From a candidate division FCPU426 bacterium (GTDB lineage Bacteria > Oederibacteriota > JAAXVQ01 > JAUVAV01): 64,000 nt of DNA. Shown piece by piece: positions 31,350-40,855 of this stretch (position 1 is its first letter; each line of letters begins with the position of its first letter). A model generated the notes under the pieces. The model saw nothing but the letters and a program-made list of their open reading frames with translations. It was not told the origin of the DNA and searched no databases. The stretch covers positions 574,526 to 638,525 of the forward strand of contig JBFLYH010000002.1 of assembly GCA_040756875.1 (NCBI GenBank), in the 5' to 3' direction. The translations under genes were made by a program, and so were the position numbers.

Positions 31350-32288
31350 TTAGCGTTCGTCCGACTGCATCCAGGAAATCAGGGTTTTATTGAATTCCCG
31401 CGCGGTATGGTGTCCGCTCTTCTTCAGGCGCTGGTTCATGGCGGCAACTTCAATGATGATGGAAAGGTTGCGCCCCGGACGCACGGGAATGATGATGCGA
31501 GGCAACTCCACCTCCAGGATCGAATACGTCAATTCGTCCAATCCCAGGCGGTCGTATTCCTTTTTATCGTCCCATTCCTCGATCGTAGCCACCAGTTCGA
31601 TGCGCTTGCGGTCCCGGATGGCGCCGATGCCGAAAAGATTCTTGATATTGATGATGCCCAGCCCGCGGATTTCCATGTGGTGGCGGATCAACTCCGGCCC
31701 CGAGCCCATGAGAATGCGCTCCGCGGTCCGCTTGATGTCGACCAAATCGTCCGCCACCAGCCGATGCCCGCGCTCTACCAAATCCAGGGCGCATTCACTC
31801 TTGCCGATGCCGCTCTTGCCCAGGATCAGGACCCCGACTCCGTACACATCCACCAGCGTCCCGTGCATGGACGTTTCGGGGGCAAGCTTGTCCTCGAGGT
31901 AAATGGTGAGCTCGGCGATGAGCTTGGTCGTGGGCAGGGTGGATTTGAAGATCGAAACCGGCCGGCCCTGGGCGGCGAGCAGCAGCTCCTCCGGGGGTTC
32001 CAGCCCCTGGGTGATGATGAAACAGCACACGTCCCATTCCAGCAGTTTCCGGAAAATGGCGCGGACATGGTCGCGTTCCATGCCCTGCAGGAAGGAAAGT
32101 TCGGTGCGGCCGAGCACCTGGATGCGTTCGTAGGCGAAATAGTCGAAATATCCGGCCAGAGCCAGCCCCGGGCGGTTGATGTCCGGGACTGTGATTTTGC
32201 TCCGCAGCCCTTCCTGGCCGGTGACCAGTTCCAGGGACATCTTCTCTTTCTGTTCTAGATAAAACTCCTCAACCAGCAGGTTGATCAT
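31350..32288 (-). CDS. hprK: HPr(Ser) kinase/phosphorylase
   Basis: RPGLALAG, GKSGIGKSE, LVADD, EIRGLGII, PGRN. Confidence 0.96.
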   Translation of the reverse strand: MINLLVEEFYLEQKEKMSLELVTGQEGLRSKITVPDINRPGLALAGYFDYFAYERIQVLGRTELSFLQGMERDHVRAIFRKLLEWDVCCFIITQGLEPPEELLLAAQGRPVSIFKSTLPTTKLIAELTIYLEDKLAPETSMHGTLVDVYGVGVLILGKSGIGKSECALDLVERGHRLVADDLVDIKRTAERILMGSGPELIRHHMEIRGLGIINIKNLFGIGAIRDRKRIELVATIEEWDDKKEYDRLGLDELTYSILEVELPRIIIPVRPGRNLSIIIEVAAMNQRLKKSGHHTAREFNKTLISWMQSDER

Positions 32289-32318
32289 CAGCGCTTCCCC
32301 CGGAGAGCCCGCCGCCCG

Positions 32319-32783
32319 TCAGTGCGCGGCTTTTTCTTCTTCCTGGATGATCTTCACGACTTCAGCGGTGTTTTGGGCGGAGAGCAGTTTGCGCCGGATG
32401 TATTTGTCCTTGAGCAGCTGGGAAATGCGCGCCAGGGCTTTGAGGTGGGCGCCGGCCGTGCCTTCGGGCGCGACCAGCAGCACGAAGATGTAGACCAGTT
32501 CGCCGTCCAGCGCGTCGAAAGGCACGCCGTTTTTCGAAAGGCCGAAAGCCGCGGTGAGCTCCTTGACCGTGTCCGACTTGCCGTGGGGAATGGCGATGCC
32601 CTGGCCGATGCCGGTGCTGCCCAGTTCCTCGCGTTCAAGCAGGATCTGGACCATCTTCTTCTTGTCCGAAACCCCGCTGCTGCCGACCAGCAAGTCCACC
32701 AATTCCTCGATGGCGTCCTTCTTATTCTTGGCCTTGAGGTCGACGGTGATATTTTTCTCCGAAAGAAAATCCATAATGCGCAT
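32319..32783 (-). CDS. ptsN: PTS EIIA (Ntr/fructose type)
   Basis: REELGSTGIG.GIAIPH, HLKALARIS; rpoN operon context. Confidence 0.85.
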   Translation of the reverse strand: MRIMDFLSEKNITVDLKAKNKKDAIEELVDLLVGSSGVSDKKKMVQILLEREELGSTGIGQGIAIPHGKSDTVKELTAAFGLSKNGVPFDALDGELVYIFVLLVAPEGTAGAHLKALARISQLLKDKYIRRKLLSAQNTAEVVKIIQEEEKAAH

Positions 32784-32815
32784 GGGTGGCGCCTCCTTGT
32801 CCCGCCGGGCCGGGA

Positions 32816-33352
32816 CTAATCCTTGGTGATCAGCTTGAAACTGCCGTCCGGATTCTTGGTCATGACGGCCAGTTGTCCGGTTTCCGCGTCCTCGAACACC
32901 AAAAAGGGATTCCGCAGGGTCGCGAGCTGCAGAGCCGCCTCTTCCTGGGTCATGGGTTTGCCCGCCACGGGCGCCACCACGATCCGGGGTTTCTTCGCGA
33001 CCGGCGCTTCAGGCGCCGGAGCCGCCATGAATTCCTCGGGCAGCACGCGCCGGCGCCGCAGGTTTTTTCCGCGCCGCAGCCGTTCATGCTTTCGTTTGAT
33101 CTGCCGTCCGACCTTTTCCGCCAAAAGATCCACGGATTGGTACAAATCCTTGGTGGTCTGCTTGGCGGTTATTTCGTAGGGGCCATCCTTGGCCGTGACC
33201 TCGACCTGCTGGCGGTAGCCTTCCACGCTGGCCACCACATGCACGACCGCGTCCGATCCCAAAAACGAAGACCATTTCTGCAGCCGCTTCTTCACGTACT
33301 GGTTGAACGGCTTGGTGATGTCCATGTGCCGTCCGGTGATGATGATCTTCAC
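32816..33352 (-). CDS. hpf: Ribosome hibernation promoting factor (long form)
   Basis: IIITGRHMDIT, DLYQSVD..K..RQ, KPMT.EEA.LQL. Confidence 0.85.
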   Translation of the reverse strand: MKIIITGRHMDITKPFNQYVKKRLQKWSSFLGSDAVVHVVASVEGYRQQVEVTAKDGPYEITAKQTTKDLYQSVDLLAEKVGRQIKRKHERLRRGKNLRRRRVLPEEFMAAPAPEAPVAKKPRIVVAPVAGKPMTQEEAALQLATLRNPFLVFEDAETGQLAVMTKNPDGSFKLITKD

Positions 33353-33385
33353 GCCAGCCTCCTTCTTCCCCTCGACTCCGTGTTT

Positions 33386-34837
33386 TTATTCCAGCTGCTT
33401 GCGCTGGCTCGCGGGCAGCACTTTCAGCTCCTCGCGGTATTTGGCCACAGTCCGGCGGGCGATGTGAAACCCCCGTCCGTTGAGCATTTCGGTCAGCCGC
33501 TGGTCCGACATCGGCCGCCGGGGATTCTCCTGGCCGATCAGCTCCTGCAGTGCAGCCTTCACGCTGGTGGAGGAGATGTCGCCACCGCCCTCGGTTTTGA
33601 TCTGGCTGCTGAAAAAATACTTCAGCCGGAACACACCCCGCGGGGTCTGGATGTATTTCTGGCTGGTCACCCGCGAGATCGTGGATTCATGCAGCCCCAC
33701 GCGTTCCGCGATCTGCCGCAGGTTCAGCGGCCGCAAGTGCTCCACGCCCTTCTCGAAAAAATCCTGTTGCCGCTCGACAATGGCCTCCACCACCCGGTAG
33801 AGGGTTTTGCGGCGCTCCTCGATGCTGCGGATCAGCCACTGGGCCCGGTCCAGCCGCTCGTGCAGGTATTGCCGGGTCTCAGGGCTGATGCCCGAACCGC
33901 GGCGCAGCAACTGCTTGTAGGCATTGCTGATCCGCAACTCCGGCACCTGGTCGTCATTGATGATGATCAGGTACTGGTCGTCGTGCCTTTCCAGGATCAC
34001 GTCCGGGACCACGTATTCCACGTTTCCCGAGGTGTAATGCCGTCCCGGGTAGGGATCCAGTCCCGCGATGATCTTGGCGGCCGCGACCACGTCTTCCCGG
34101 GAGGCTTTTTCCAGCCGCACGATAGCGTCCACTTGGTGGCGTTCCAGGGCCAGAAAATGCTTCGCGACGATGGTTTCGGCCAAAAAATGCCGTTCAGGCA
34201 GATGCCGGAGCTGGATCAGCAGGCTTTCCTTGACATCCCGCGCACCCACGCCCACGGGTTCGAGATTCTGGACCAATTCCAGCACATACGCCGCGGTTTC
34301 CGGATCCGCCTCGGCTTCGGCCGCGATCTCTTCCAGCGGCAGGGCCAGAAAACCGCGTTCGTCCAAATTTCCTATAATCAGTTCGCCCAGGCGGAATTCC
34401 TGTTCGCTGTTGCACACCAGGCGCAGCTGCCACAGCAAGTGTTCGGCCAGGGTCGGCTGCTTGGCGACCTGGGGTTCGCTGTAATCCGGATTGATTTCCC
34501 GGTCATACTTGGGGATTTCGTAATCGTTGTTCCAAAAATAATCGTCCCAGCGATCCTGCTGCAGGTCGCTTCCGGACTGCTGGTTCTCGGCCAGATCCAC
34601 TTCCTGGGTGCGCTCTCCGGCGGGTGCTTCCTCAATCGTTTTTTCAGTCGCCGGCTGCTCTGCATTCAGCCCGTCGCTGCCGTTGGCGCCCTCTTCCAGG
34701 AACGGATTTTCAGCCAGTTCCTGGTTGACCAGGCTGTTTAATTCCAGGGTCGGCAATTGCAATACTTTCAGGGCATGCTGCAGTCCCGGCGTCAGCATGA
34801 TCTTTTGCCCTACTTGCAATTCCAGCTTTGGCCCCAT
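33386..34837 (-). CDS. rpoN: RNA polymerase sigma-54 factor
   Basis: LHESTISRV, ARRTVAKYRE (RpoN box). Confidence 0.97.
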   Translation of the reverse strand: MGPKLELQVGQKIMLTPGLQHALKVLQLPTLELNSLVNQELAENPFLEEGANGSDGLNAEQPATEKTIEEAPAGERTQEVDLAENQQSGSDLQQDRWDDYFWNNDYEIPKYDREINPDYSEPQVAKQPTLAEHLLWQLRLVCNSEQEFRLGELIIGNLDERGFLALPLEEIAAEAEADPETAAYVLELVQNLEPVGVGARDVKESLLIQLRHLPERHFLAETIVAKHFLALERHQVDAIVRLEKASREDVVAAAKIIAGLDPYPGRHYTSGNVEYVVPDVILERHDDQYLIIINDDQVPELRISNAYKQLLRRGSGISPETRQYLHERLDRAQWLIRSIEERRKTLYRVVEAIVERQQDFFEKGVEHLRPLNLRQIAERVGLHESTISRVTSQKYIQTPRGVFRLKYFFSSQIKTEGGGDISSTSVKAALQELIGQENPRRPMSDQRLTEMLNGRGFHIARRTVAKYREELKVLPASQRKQLE

Positions 34838-34899
34838 ACGCTTCCCTTTGACTACTCACTATACACGGATTCCTCCCTTAATGAGCAGGACAATCCGCG

Positions 34900-34928
34900 A
34901 TTATAAAGTCGAAAATAGCGTTTGTCAA
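34900..34928 (-). promoter_or_regulatory. Consensus sigma70 promoter for the rpoN-PTS operon
   Basis: TTGACA-N17-TATAAT exact. Confidence 0.85.
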
Positions 34929-34960
34929 GGATTCAGGACCGGCATTGCTTCATTTTGAGA

Positions 34961-35716
34961 CTATCGCCCGCAAGTCAACCGTTCAGCGAGAATTTTTGGC
35001 AACCCGGCATCCAGAATTTTCATTTGGGCCAAAGCTATATCGTAGGGAACTGCTCTAAATTCCAGTATCGGCGGTTTGTCCTGCACCAATAGCCATTTCG
35101 CGCGGGGATCCTGATCCCTGGGCTGTCCCACACTTCCGGGATTAACCAGATAACGCTTGTCCTTTTCCAGGGACAGGTGTAATTGCACCGTTGTTTCCTT
35201 TGCAGAAGGCACGGCCATGACTCTCAAGGCGCCGGAAACGATTTCCTCCACCACGCTGGCAGCATGGGTGTGGCCGAAAAAGCAGGCTTTTTCGTTAAAA
35301 TTCAGAAAGGCGTTTTCCGCCTCCCAGCGGCTGGAAATATAATGAAAAGCCAGGGGTTCAAATGGCGAGCTGTGCACCAGGCGAGCATCCGCCCCGGTCG
35401 CAACCAGGGGCCAGTCGCCCATTTCCTCAATGGCAGTGGGCGAAAGCTGATTCCGGGTCCAGCGGATGGCTGCGGCCGCAGCGGGGTTCATGCCTGCTTC
35501 CCGCTCCGGCCTGGCCACCCCTTCTTCGTGGTTTCCGCGCAACCGCAGCTGGCAGTGGGCATTCACCCATTCCCAGCACTTGTGGGGATCTGCGCCATAT
35601 CCCACCACATCGCCCAGGCAGTAGACCGTGTCCGCTTGCTGCCGGCAAATGTCGTCCCACACGGCGCAGAGCGCCTCCCAGTTGGCGTGGATGTCCGCCA
35701 CTACGGCCACGCGCAT
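34961..35716 (-). CDS. Metallophosphoesterase
   Basis: DIHAN, GDVVGYG, GNHE, FGHTH, NPGSVGQPRD. Confidence 0.92.
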   Translation of the reverse strand: MRVAVVADIHANWEALCAVWDDICRQQADTVYCLGDVVGYGADPHKCWEWVNAHCQLRLRGNHEEGVARPEREAGMNPAAAAAIRWTRNQLSPTAIEEMGDWPLVATGADARLVHSSPFEPLAFHYISSRWEAENAFLNFNEKACFFGHTHAASVVEEIVSGALRVMAVPSAKETTVQLHLSLEKDKRYLVNPGSVGQPRDQDPRAKWLLVQDKPPILEFRAVPYDIALAQMKILDAGLPKILAERLTCGR

Positions 35717-35729
35717 GGGCGCGGAAACG

Positions 35730-35921
35730 TTAGCCTTCGACGATGATGGCGTTGGCCGGGCAGGACGCCGCCGCATCCTTGGCGCGGCCGGCCAGGTCGC
35801 CCTGGGGTGACGCATTGGTCACTTTCGCCAATCCGTCGTCGCCCAATTCGAACACTTCCGGCAGGTCCGTGGTGCACAGGCTGCAGCCCGTGCAGAGCGT
35901 TTCGTCAATTTTTACCAACAT
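35730..35921 (-). CDS. Single-cluster ferredoxin
   Basis: CTGCSLC...CPANAI. Confidence 0.9.
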   Translation of the reverse strand: MLVKIDETLCTGCSLCTTDLPEVFELGDDGLAKVTNASPQGDLAGRAKDAAASCPANAIIVEG

Positions 35922-36738
35922 GATTGCTTCCTCCTTGGGAATTTTGCGGCTGCCCGGGGCCGAGGAACATGCGGATGCCTTCCTCCACTTGGCCCAGATC
36001 TACCGCCGTATTTTTGCAAGGGCCTTCGGGCCGGAGGTTGGCGTAACCCAACACCGGCACGCGGCCCCTTAAATCCTTGATGCCCACCAGCAGATCGCGC
36101 TCGCAGGCCACGGCAATGATGCCCTGCGGACGGTACTGGGCAATGCCCCGCCGGGCTTCGGTGCCGCCGAAGGCGATCACCTGCGAAAAGCCGTAGCGCT
36201 GTTTGAGCTGTTGCAGCCCCTGCATGGTTTCGCGACCCAGGCACCGCGGCGCCAACAGCAGCAGCTTGGCCGGGTCCGCAATCAGCGGCGGCAGCACTTC
36301 CAGGCGGTTGTAGGCCCGCACAAAAGCATGCCCGACCCGGTCCCGGGAAACGCCGAGCAGCCGGCCGAAGGCGACGCACAGCCCCACGACCCAGCGCGGG
36401 CCGCCCAGCCATTGGACGACATAACGCATGGGCCGCACGCCTGCCACAGCCAGGGCCATGGCCCCGAACCAGAGCAGCAGGTATCCGCCGCCGGCCGCGC
36501 CCGCCAAACCCGCCAGCCAGCCAAAACCGAACGTATGCAAACGCGGCAAGGCAAGCCATAGCAGGAGCCATAAAACCGCCCCCAAGAGCGCGACGGCCAG
36601 GCCGGCCAAGCCCATGAACACCCAGACCGAGGTCCGGGTATCCCCGTGGTCGCGGGAACCGTCCCAATCGCTCCATTCCTCGCCCAGTTTTCGGTCCTGC
36701 GTGCTGCGGGGTTCAGGCGCTGGGGTTTCAAACGGCAC
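35905..36738 (-). CDS. DUF116 family membrane protein
   Basis: LLLAPRCL, GGTEAR, IIAVACERDL, RPEGPCKNT. Confidence 0.8.
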   Translation of the reverse strand: MPFETPAPEPRSTQDRKLGEEWSDWDGSRDHGDTRTSVWVFMGLAGLAVALLGAVLWLLLWLALPRLHTFGFGWLAGLAGAAGGGYLLLWFGAMALAVAGVRPMRYVVQWLGGPRWVVGLCVAFGRLLGVSRDRVGHAFVRAYNRLEVLPPLIADPAKLLLLAPRCLGRETMQGLQQLKQRYGFSQVIAFGGTEARRGIAQYRPQGIIAVACERDLLVGIKDLRGRVPVLGYANLRPEGPCKNTAVDLGQVEEGIRMFLGPGQPQNSQGGSNHVGKN

Positions 36739-36771
36739 GAGCGGCTCCTTCGAGCGGGCAATCAGGCCAGC

Positions 36772-36800
36772 AGTATAAACAGCGGGTTGGGATCAGTCAA
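36772..36800 (-). promoter_or_regulatory. sigma70-type promoter
   Basis: TTGACT-N17-TATACT. Confidence 0.65.
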
Positions 36801-36817
36801 GGTGAAAGGGAGGAGGG

Positions 36818-36962
36818 AGCGAAGGGAGTCGCAGGTTTTTCATCCCGCGAGGCCTTTTCCGGCCTCGTGGGCGGCTTCATCCGCTGCGCGGAAAATCAGC
36901 CGCCCACTTTTTAATCCGAGGTAGGCTGTTCGCGGATTGAAAAACCTGCGACTCCCTTCGCT
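36818..36962. mobile_element. MITE-like element / long hairpin with 33-bp inverted repeats
   Basis: agcgaagggagtcgcaggtttttcatcccgcga vs reverse complement of 36930-36962, 31/33 identical. Confidence 0.55.
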
Positions 36963-37013
36963 ATCAAGAAGAAAGAATTGAAACAATAACAAAACGTCGA
37001 AATTCTTGGTTGT

Positions 37014-37778
37014 TTACCGCACGATCGCCACTTTTTTCCTCTGGTCCAGCAGGACCCGGCCATTGGCGTCTGTGATCTTGATCCGGCACAGGTAAATCCC
37101 CGGCGCCACGCCGGCTGCTTCCCACGCGGTGGTCAGGGTTTGGCCGCTGTTGTTCTTTCCTTCCTCAATCCGCGCCACCCGCTCGCCGGTCAGGTGATAG
37201 ATATCAATCTCGATCCTGCTCGCGCCCGGCACCGTGTATGCAAACACCACCCGGTCCCTCGCAGGGTTGGGATAGGCCAGGACCCTGCCTGCTGACACCC
37301 AGGGCGTGCCCGTGGGGGTCATGGTCAAGGTGGCGCTGTGGGTCGGCTGTAGGGTCGTCGTAATGCTGGGCGTGGGCGTGACGGTGGGTGAAGCGGTCCG
37401 GGTGTGGCTCGGCGTGGCTGTGGGCGTGGGCGAATCCGTCGGTGTATCGGTCGAAGTCTGCGTTTCCGTGGCAGTCAAGGTGATGGTGGACGTCATGGTT
37501 TCAGTCGGCGTCGGAGTCTCGGTCGGGCTGATGGTCACGGTCTCGGTAATCGTGGGCGTGGGGCTGATAGTCGCGGTTTCGGTGATTGTGGGCGAGAGGG
37601 TGGAGGTCGGGGAAATGGTGGATGTTGGCGTGATGCTGGGGGTGCAGGTAATGGTCGGCGAGGAAGCAATGCCAATGCCGATCTGCCAGACAGCCGAAAT
37701 CGTCGCGGCACTGGCAACACGAATGGCGGCGGTGCTCAGCGCCAAGCCGATCATACTCAACACCCATACCTTGCGCAT
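37014..37778 (-). CDS. Secreted Thr/Pro-stalk protein with T9SS-type-A-like C-terminal domain
   Basis: Signal peptide, short hydrophobic strand, ~120-aa T/P/S repeat, AYPNP..IYHLTG..W..VAPGIYL..KKVAIVR. Confidence 0.8.
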   Translation of the reverse strand: MRKVWVLSMIGLALSTAAIRVASAATISAVWQIGIGIASSPTITCTPSITPTSTISPTSTLSPTITETATISPTPTITETVTISPTETPTPTETMTSTITLTATETQTSTDTPTDSPTPTATPSHTRTASPTVTPTPSITTTLQPTHSATLTMTPTGTPWVSAGRVLAYPNPARDRVVFAYTVPGASRIEIDIYHLTGERVARIEEGKNNSGQTLTTAWEAAGVAPGIYLCRIKITDANGRVLLDQRKKVAIVR

Positions 37779-37804
37779 GCCTGTTGTACCTCGCGAACGC
37801 GTTA

Positions 37805-38461
37805 TCAGTGAACCTGGGCGCCAATGACGACATTAAAAAACTGTTCGTCGCTGCTGGAAACTATGGTCGGCGTCAACACCATGAAGCGCAGACTGCGTTC
37901 CGTCATCCCCGGAACCGGCTGCACATTGTAACCTTTAACGTTTTCAGGGTCGTCCGGATCAACATTGCTGTTGTCCCTGGCCAACACATCCGTGCCGGCC
38001 ACCAGGGGCATGCCGCTTAATACGTCATTGTCGCCGAAATCAGCTAGCACTAAATCCCTCGAATACCCGCCCGTAAAATCACTGGCCGTATCCAGTGGTT
38101 TGGTGAATATCGCCGCGATCACGCAGGTATCATAGCCCGCGGAACCCAGGGTCGGACCCAATATCCAGGCCGGCCCGCCTGCACTCGTAATCGTGGCCGA
38201 TACCGTGTAATCAACAACCGCATACCCATGGTTCGAAATCGTGCAGCGCGGCAATCCCTGCGGCTGATTTGAAAATACCGCACTACCCGGCGCCACCCAG
38301 CCAAAGTGCATGGAATTTGTTATCGCCACCAGATCAATCTCGCCATAGGCAACCGCAATTCCGATTGGCCAGGCAACCGATATTACGGGCGCGGCCGCCG
38401 CCATTGCGCCCATTCCCAGACTAGCCGCAAGAATCAACGAACACATTAAAGTTTTTTTCAT
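37805..38461 (-). CDS. Secreted beta-rich hypothetical protein (paralog A)
   Basis: Signal peptide; clear similarity to 38486-39133. Confidence 0.75.
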   Translation of the reverse strand: MKKTLMCSLILAASLGMGAMAAAAPVISVAWPIGIAVAYGEIDLVAITNSMHFGWVAPGSAVFSNQPQGLPRCTISNHGYAVVDYTVSATITSAGGPAWILGPTLGSAGYDTCVIAAIFTKPLDTASDFTGGYSRDLVLADFGDNDVLSGMPLVAGTDVLARDNSNVDPDDPENVKGYNVQPVPGMTERSLRFMVLTPTIVSSSDEQFFNVVIGAQVH

Positions 38462-38485
38462 CTCTGCACCCCCCCTTGAAGTCAG

Positions 38486-39133
38486 TTAACGCACCACCGC
38501 TCCGATGGTGACCGTGAATACTTGCTCTGGTTCAAACACCACCCCTGCCGGCGTCCGCACCAGAAACCTGAGGCTGCGCGTGCTGTCCAGCGGACTGACG
38601 GCAAAACCCTTGAGAATATCCGGGTCGTCCGGATCAGGCCGGGTGTTGTTCCGGGCCAGCACGGTATCCGTGGCCACTTTCGGCGCAGGGCCAACCACAT
38701 CCTCATTTCCAAAATCCGCCGTTTCCAGATCCCTGCCCCAGGGAAAGGGGATTTGCGATTCCAGGATCGGCGCAGTAAAAATGGCGGCAATCACGCATTG
38801 ATCCGGTCCGATATCCTCCAGGTGCGTGCCCAGGGTCCAGCCCGTGACCGCGGCGCTGACCGTGTAATCCACCGTGGCATAGCCGTTGTTTTGGATCGTG
38901 CAGCGGGGATTGCCTTCGATTTGGTTGGATAGGACCGCGCTTTCGGGCGCCACATAACCAAAATGCAGGTAATCCGGAACAATGGCCGAGAGATCAATGT
39001 CGCCGGCATCCAATGTGATCACGATGGGGTAATCCGGTTCGCCGCCCTCGGCAGCCCAACTCCAGGCGGCCAAGGCCAGACAGGCCAGACCGAGGCAGCA
39101 AAACCACGAGTTTCTTCTGCTTGAGTTTTTCAT
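38486..39133 (-). CDS. Secreted beta-rich hypothetical protein (paralog B)
   Basis: Shares HFG.VAP.SAV.SNQ..G.PRCTI.N.GYA.VDYTVSA, CVIAAIFT, DPDDP, RSLRF with paralog A. Confidence 0.75.
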   Translation of the reverse strand: MKNSSRRNSWFCCLGLACLALAAWSWAAEGGEPDYPIVITLDAGDIDLSAIVPDYLHFGYVAPESAVLSNQIEGNPRCTIQNNGYATVDYTVSAAVTGWTLGTHLEDIGPDQCVIAAIFTAPILESQIPFPWGRDLETADFGNEDVVGPAPKVATDTVLARNNTRPDPDDPDILKGFAVSPLDSTRSLRFLVRTPAGVVFEPEQVFTVTIGAVVR

Positions 39134-39250
39134 CCGTCTTGTCCGTTTGCTGGAGTCTGGCATCCTGAGGACTCTTGCTTTATAGATGATACGGAGGTGA
39201 GATTTATTTCGTTTTTTTAGCGGCAGGAGATTTTTTTAACAAACGGGGAT

Positions 39251-39892
39251 TTAACCGGTCAGCCCTCTGAATCCCTGGATAAAGAACCACGTTCCCGCCA
39301 ATCCTGCGGCCAGGCGGCCGATGACGCGGATGGCGGAAGAGCGGCTGAACCAGCCGATGAAAGGCAGCGGCAGGAGGATAAGGGAGGTGCCGACGAAAAA
39401 GGAGGTGAGGATCAGGAACCCGGCCCAGGGGCCGCCGCTGAGGCCGGCTTCGGCCAGGGCGGCCAGGAACGGCGGACAGATATTCAGGCCGGTCAGCAAG
39501 CCCAGCAGGAACGGGGTCTGCTTTTCCCAGTGCGCCGAATGAAGAACCCGGCACCAGGACCAGTGCGGAAAGCTGGCGAGCAGCGCATAGGCCAGCAACA
39601 ACAGGCCTGTGGCCAGGAACACTCCTCCTTGCAGCCAGCGGACCGAGGCCGCTGCCAGAAACACCTGCTGCCCCAGCCAGCCGGCGATCAGTCCCACGGC
39701 TGCGTAACCTAAAAAGCGGCCGGCGAGAAACCACAGGAAAGCGAGCAGGTTCTCCCTGCCTTCGCGCGCTTCGGCGCCGAAATACGGCGCGAGCAGGGGC
39801 AGGCACACGCCCAGGCAGGTGGGCGAAAGGGCCACGCCGAGCAGAAAGCCTTGAACCATCAAAACCGAGCCTGTCAATTCCATAAAACCCAC
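39251..39892 (-). CDS. DsbD_2/TauE-like membrane protein
   Basis: CLGVC, GR..GY, GLLTGLNICPP, FFVGTS; multi-TM. Confidence 0.7.
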   Translation of the reverse strand: MGFMELTGSVLMVQGFLLGVALSPTCLGVCLPLLAPYFGAEAREGRENLLAFLWFLAGRFLGYAAVGLIAGWLGQQVFLAAASVRWLQGGVFLATGLLLLAYALLASFPHWSWCRVLHSAHWEKQTPFLLGLLTGLNICPPFLAALAEAGLSGGPWAGFLILTSFFVGTSLILLPLPFIGWFSRSSAIRVIGRLAAGLAGTWFFIQGFRGLTG

Positions 39893-39970
39893 TTCCCCGC
39901 CATCCGGCTTGGTTTAGCCGCCGGGCATCCGAAGACCGTGCTCCCCTGGGCGGCGGGCTGTCTGGCGCAG

Positions 39971-40855
39971 TTATTTCTCTCTGGCGCTCATTTTTTCTTT
40001 TTTGGATTGGTACATTTTCCGGTCGGCTTCGCGCAAGGTTTCGGTGGCGTCGCCGCAAGGATTGCAGGTCGCGTGCCCGATGCTGAGCGACAAGGTGAAA
40101 TCCACGCCTTCAGGCGGGTGTTGATTCCATTCCTCGACGGCGCTTTTCAGGCGGTCGATTTGCTTGGTCACGCCGTCTTCATCTGATTTGATCATGACGA
40201 CCAGGAATTCGTCGCCGCCCATGCGGAAAACCCAGTCCGTTTTCCGGCAGGATTGCGTGATCAAGCGGGCGGCGGCGCTTATGATTTTGTCCCCGGTCAA
40301 ATGGCCCAGGCGGTCGTTGACGTCCTTGAGGTGGTCCAGATCGATCACCAGAAAAGCCAGGGACTCGTTGCGGCGCTCGGCGCGCGCGATCTCCTGCGGG
40401 ATGACCTCGTTGTAAAAATGCCGGTTGTACAGGCCGGTCAGCGGATCGCGGATGGCCATTTCGCGCAATTTCCTGGCCTTCTCGTTCAGGTGGAAAATGA
40501 CGGTGTTGATGTTTTCCCACAGTTCCCGCAGCGGGTCCCGGGTGGCCTGCTTGAACACCGGGCAGGAAAAGCAACTGCGGTACTTTTCGACAAAACTCCC
40601 GCTGGGTTTATCCTCGCACAGCGTGCCTGCGCTCAGCCAGCAGCGATGTCCCCGGTCGCCATGCATCGGGCAATCGGTCTTGGAGCAATCCATTATTTCC
40701 CAGCACGGCAGGGGCGTAAAAGCCTTTTCAACCTGGCTCCAGGCCTGTTCCTGGGACAGGGTTTCTATCGAATCCCGGAGGTATTTTTCCAGATCCCGGT
40801 TGATAAGTTCAATCGCCTTCAGGAGGTCCTGGTTTTGCGGCTGGTTTTCATCCAT
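39971..40855 (-). CDS. Diguanylate cyclase with Cys-rich (two-CW-like) sensor
   Basis: DPLTGLYNR, RKTD I-site, GGDEF; CWE..C...CP..CW...GT.C..C..C. Confidence 0.88.
   Translation of the reverse strand: MDENQPQNQDLLKAIELINRDLEKYLRDSIETLSQEQAWSQVEKAFTPLPCWEIMDCSKTDCPMHGDRGHRCWLSAGTLCEDKPSGSFVEKYRSCFSCPVFKQATRDPLRELWENINTVIFHLNEKARKLREMAIRDPLTGLYNRHFYNEVIPQEIARAERRNESLAFLVIDLDHLKDVNDRLGHLTGDKIISAAARLITQSCRKTDWVFRMGGDEFLVVMIKSDEDGVTKQIDRLKSAVEEWNQHPPEGVDFTLSLSIGHATCNPCGDATETLREADRKMYQSKKEKMSAREK

Noticed and set aside
31316-31352. Weak resemblance to the 46960-47106 insert in the hprK-yvcK gap
   Set aside because: Too short and GC-rich to distinguish from chance by eye.
29184-34741. 703-aa and 651-aa plus-strand ORFs
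   Set aside because: Antisense to well-supported PTS, yvcK, hpf and rpoN genes.
37300-37660. Thr/Pro repeats (also 2180-2500) as DNA repeat arrays
   Set aside because: Low-complexity coding linkers with varied codons.
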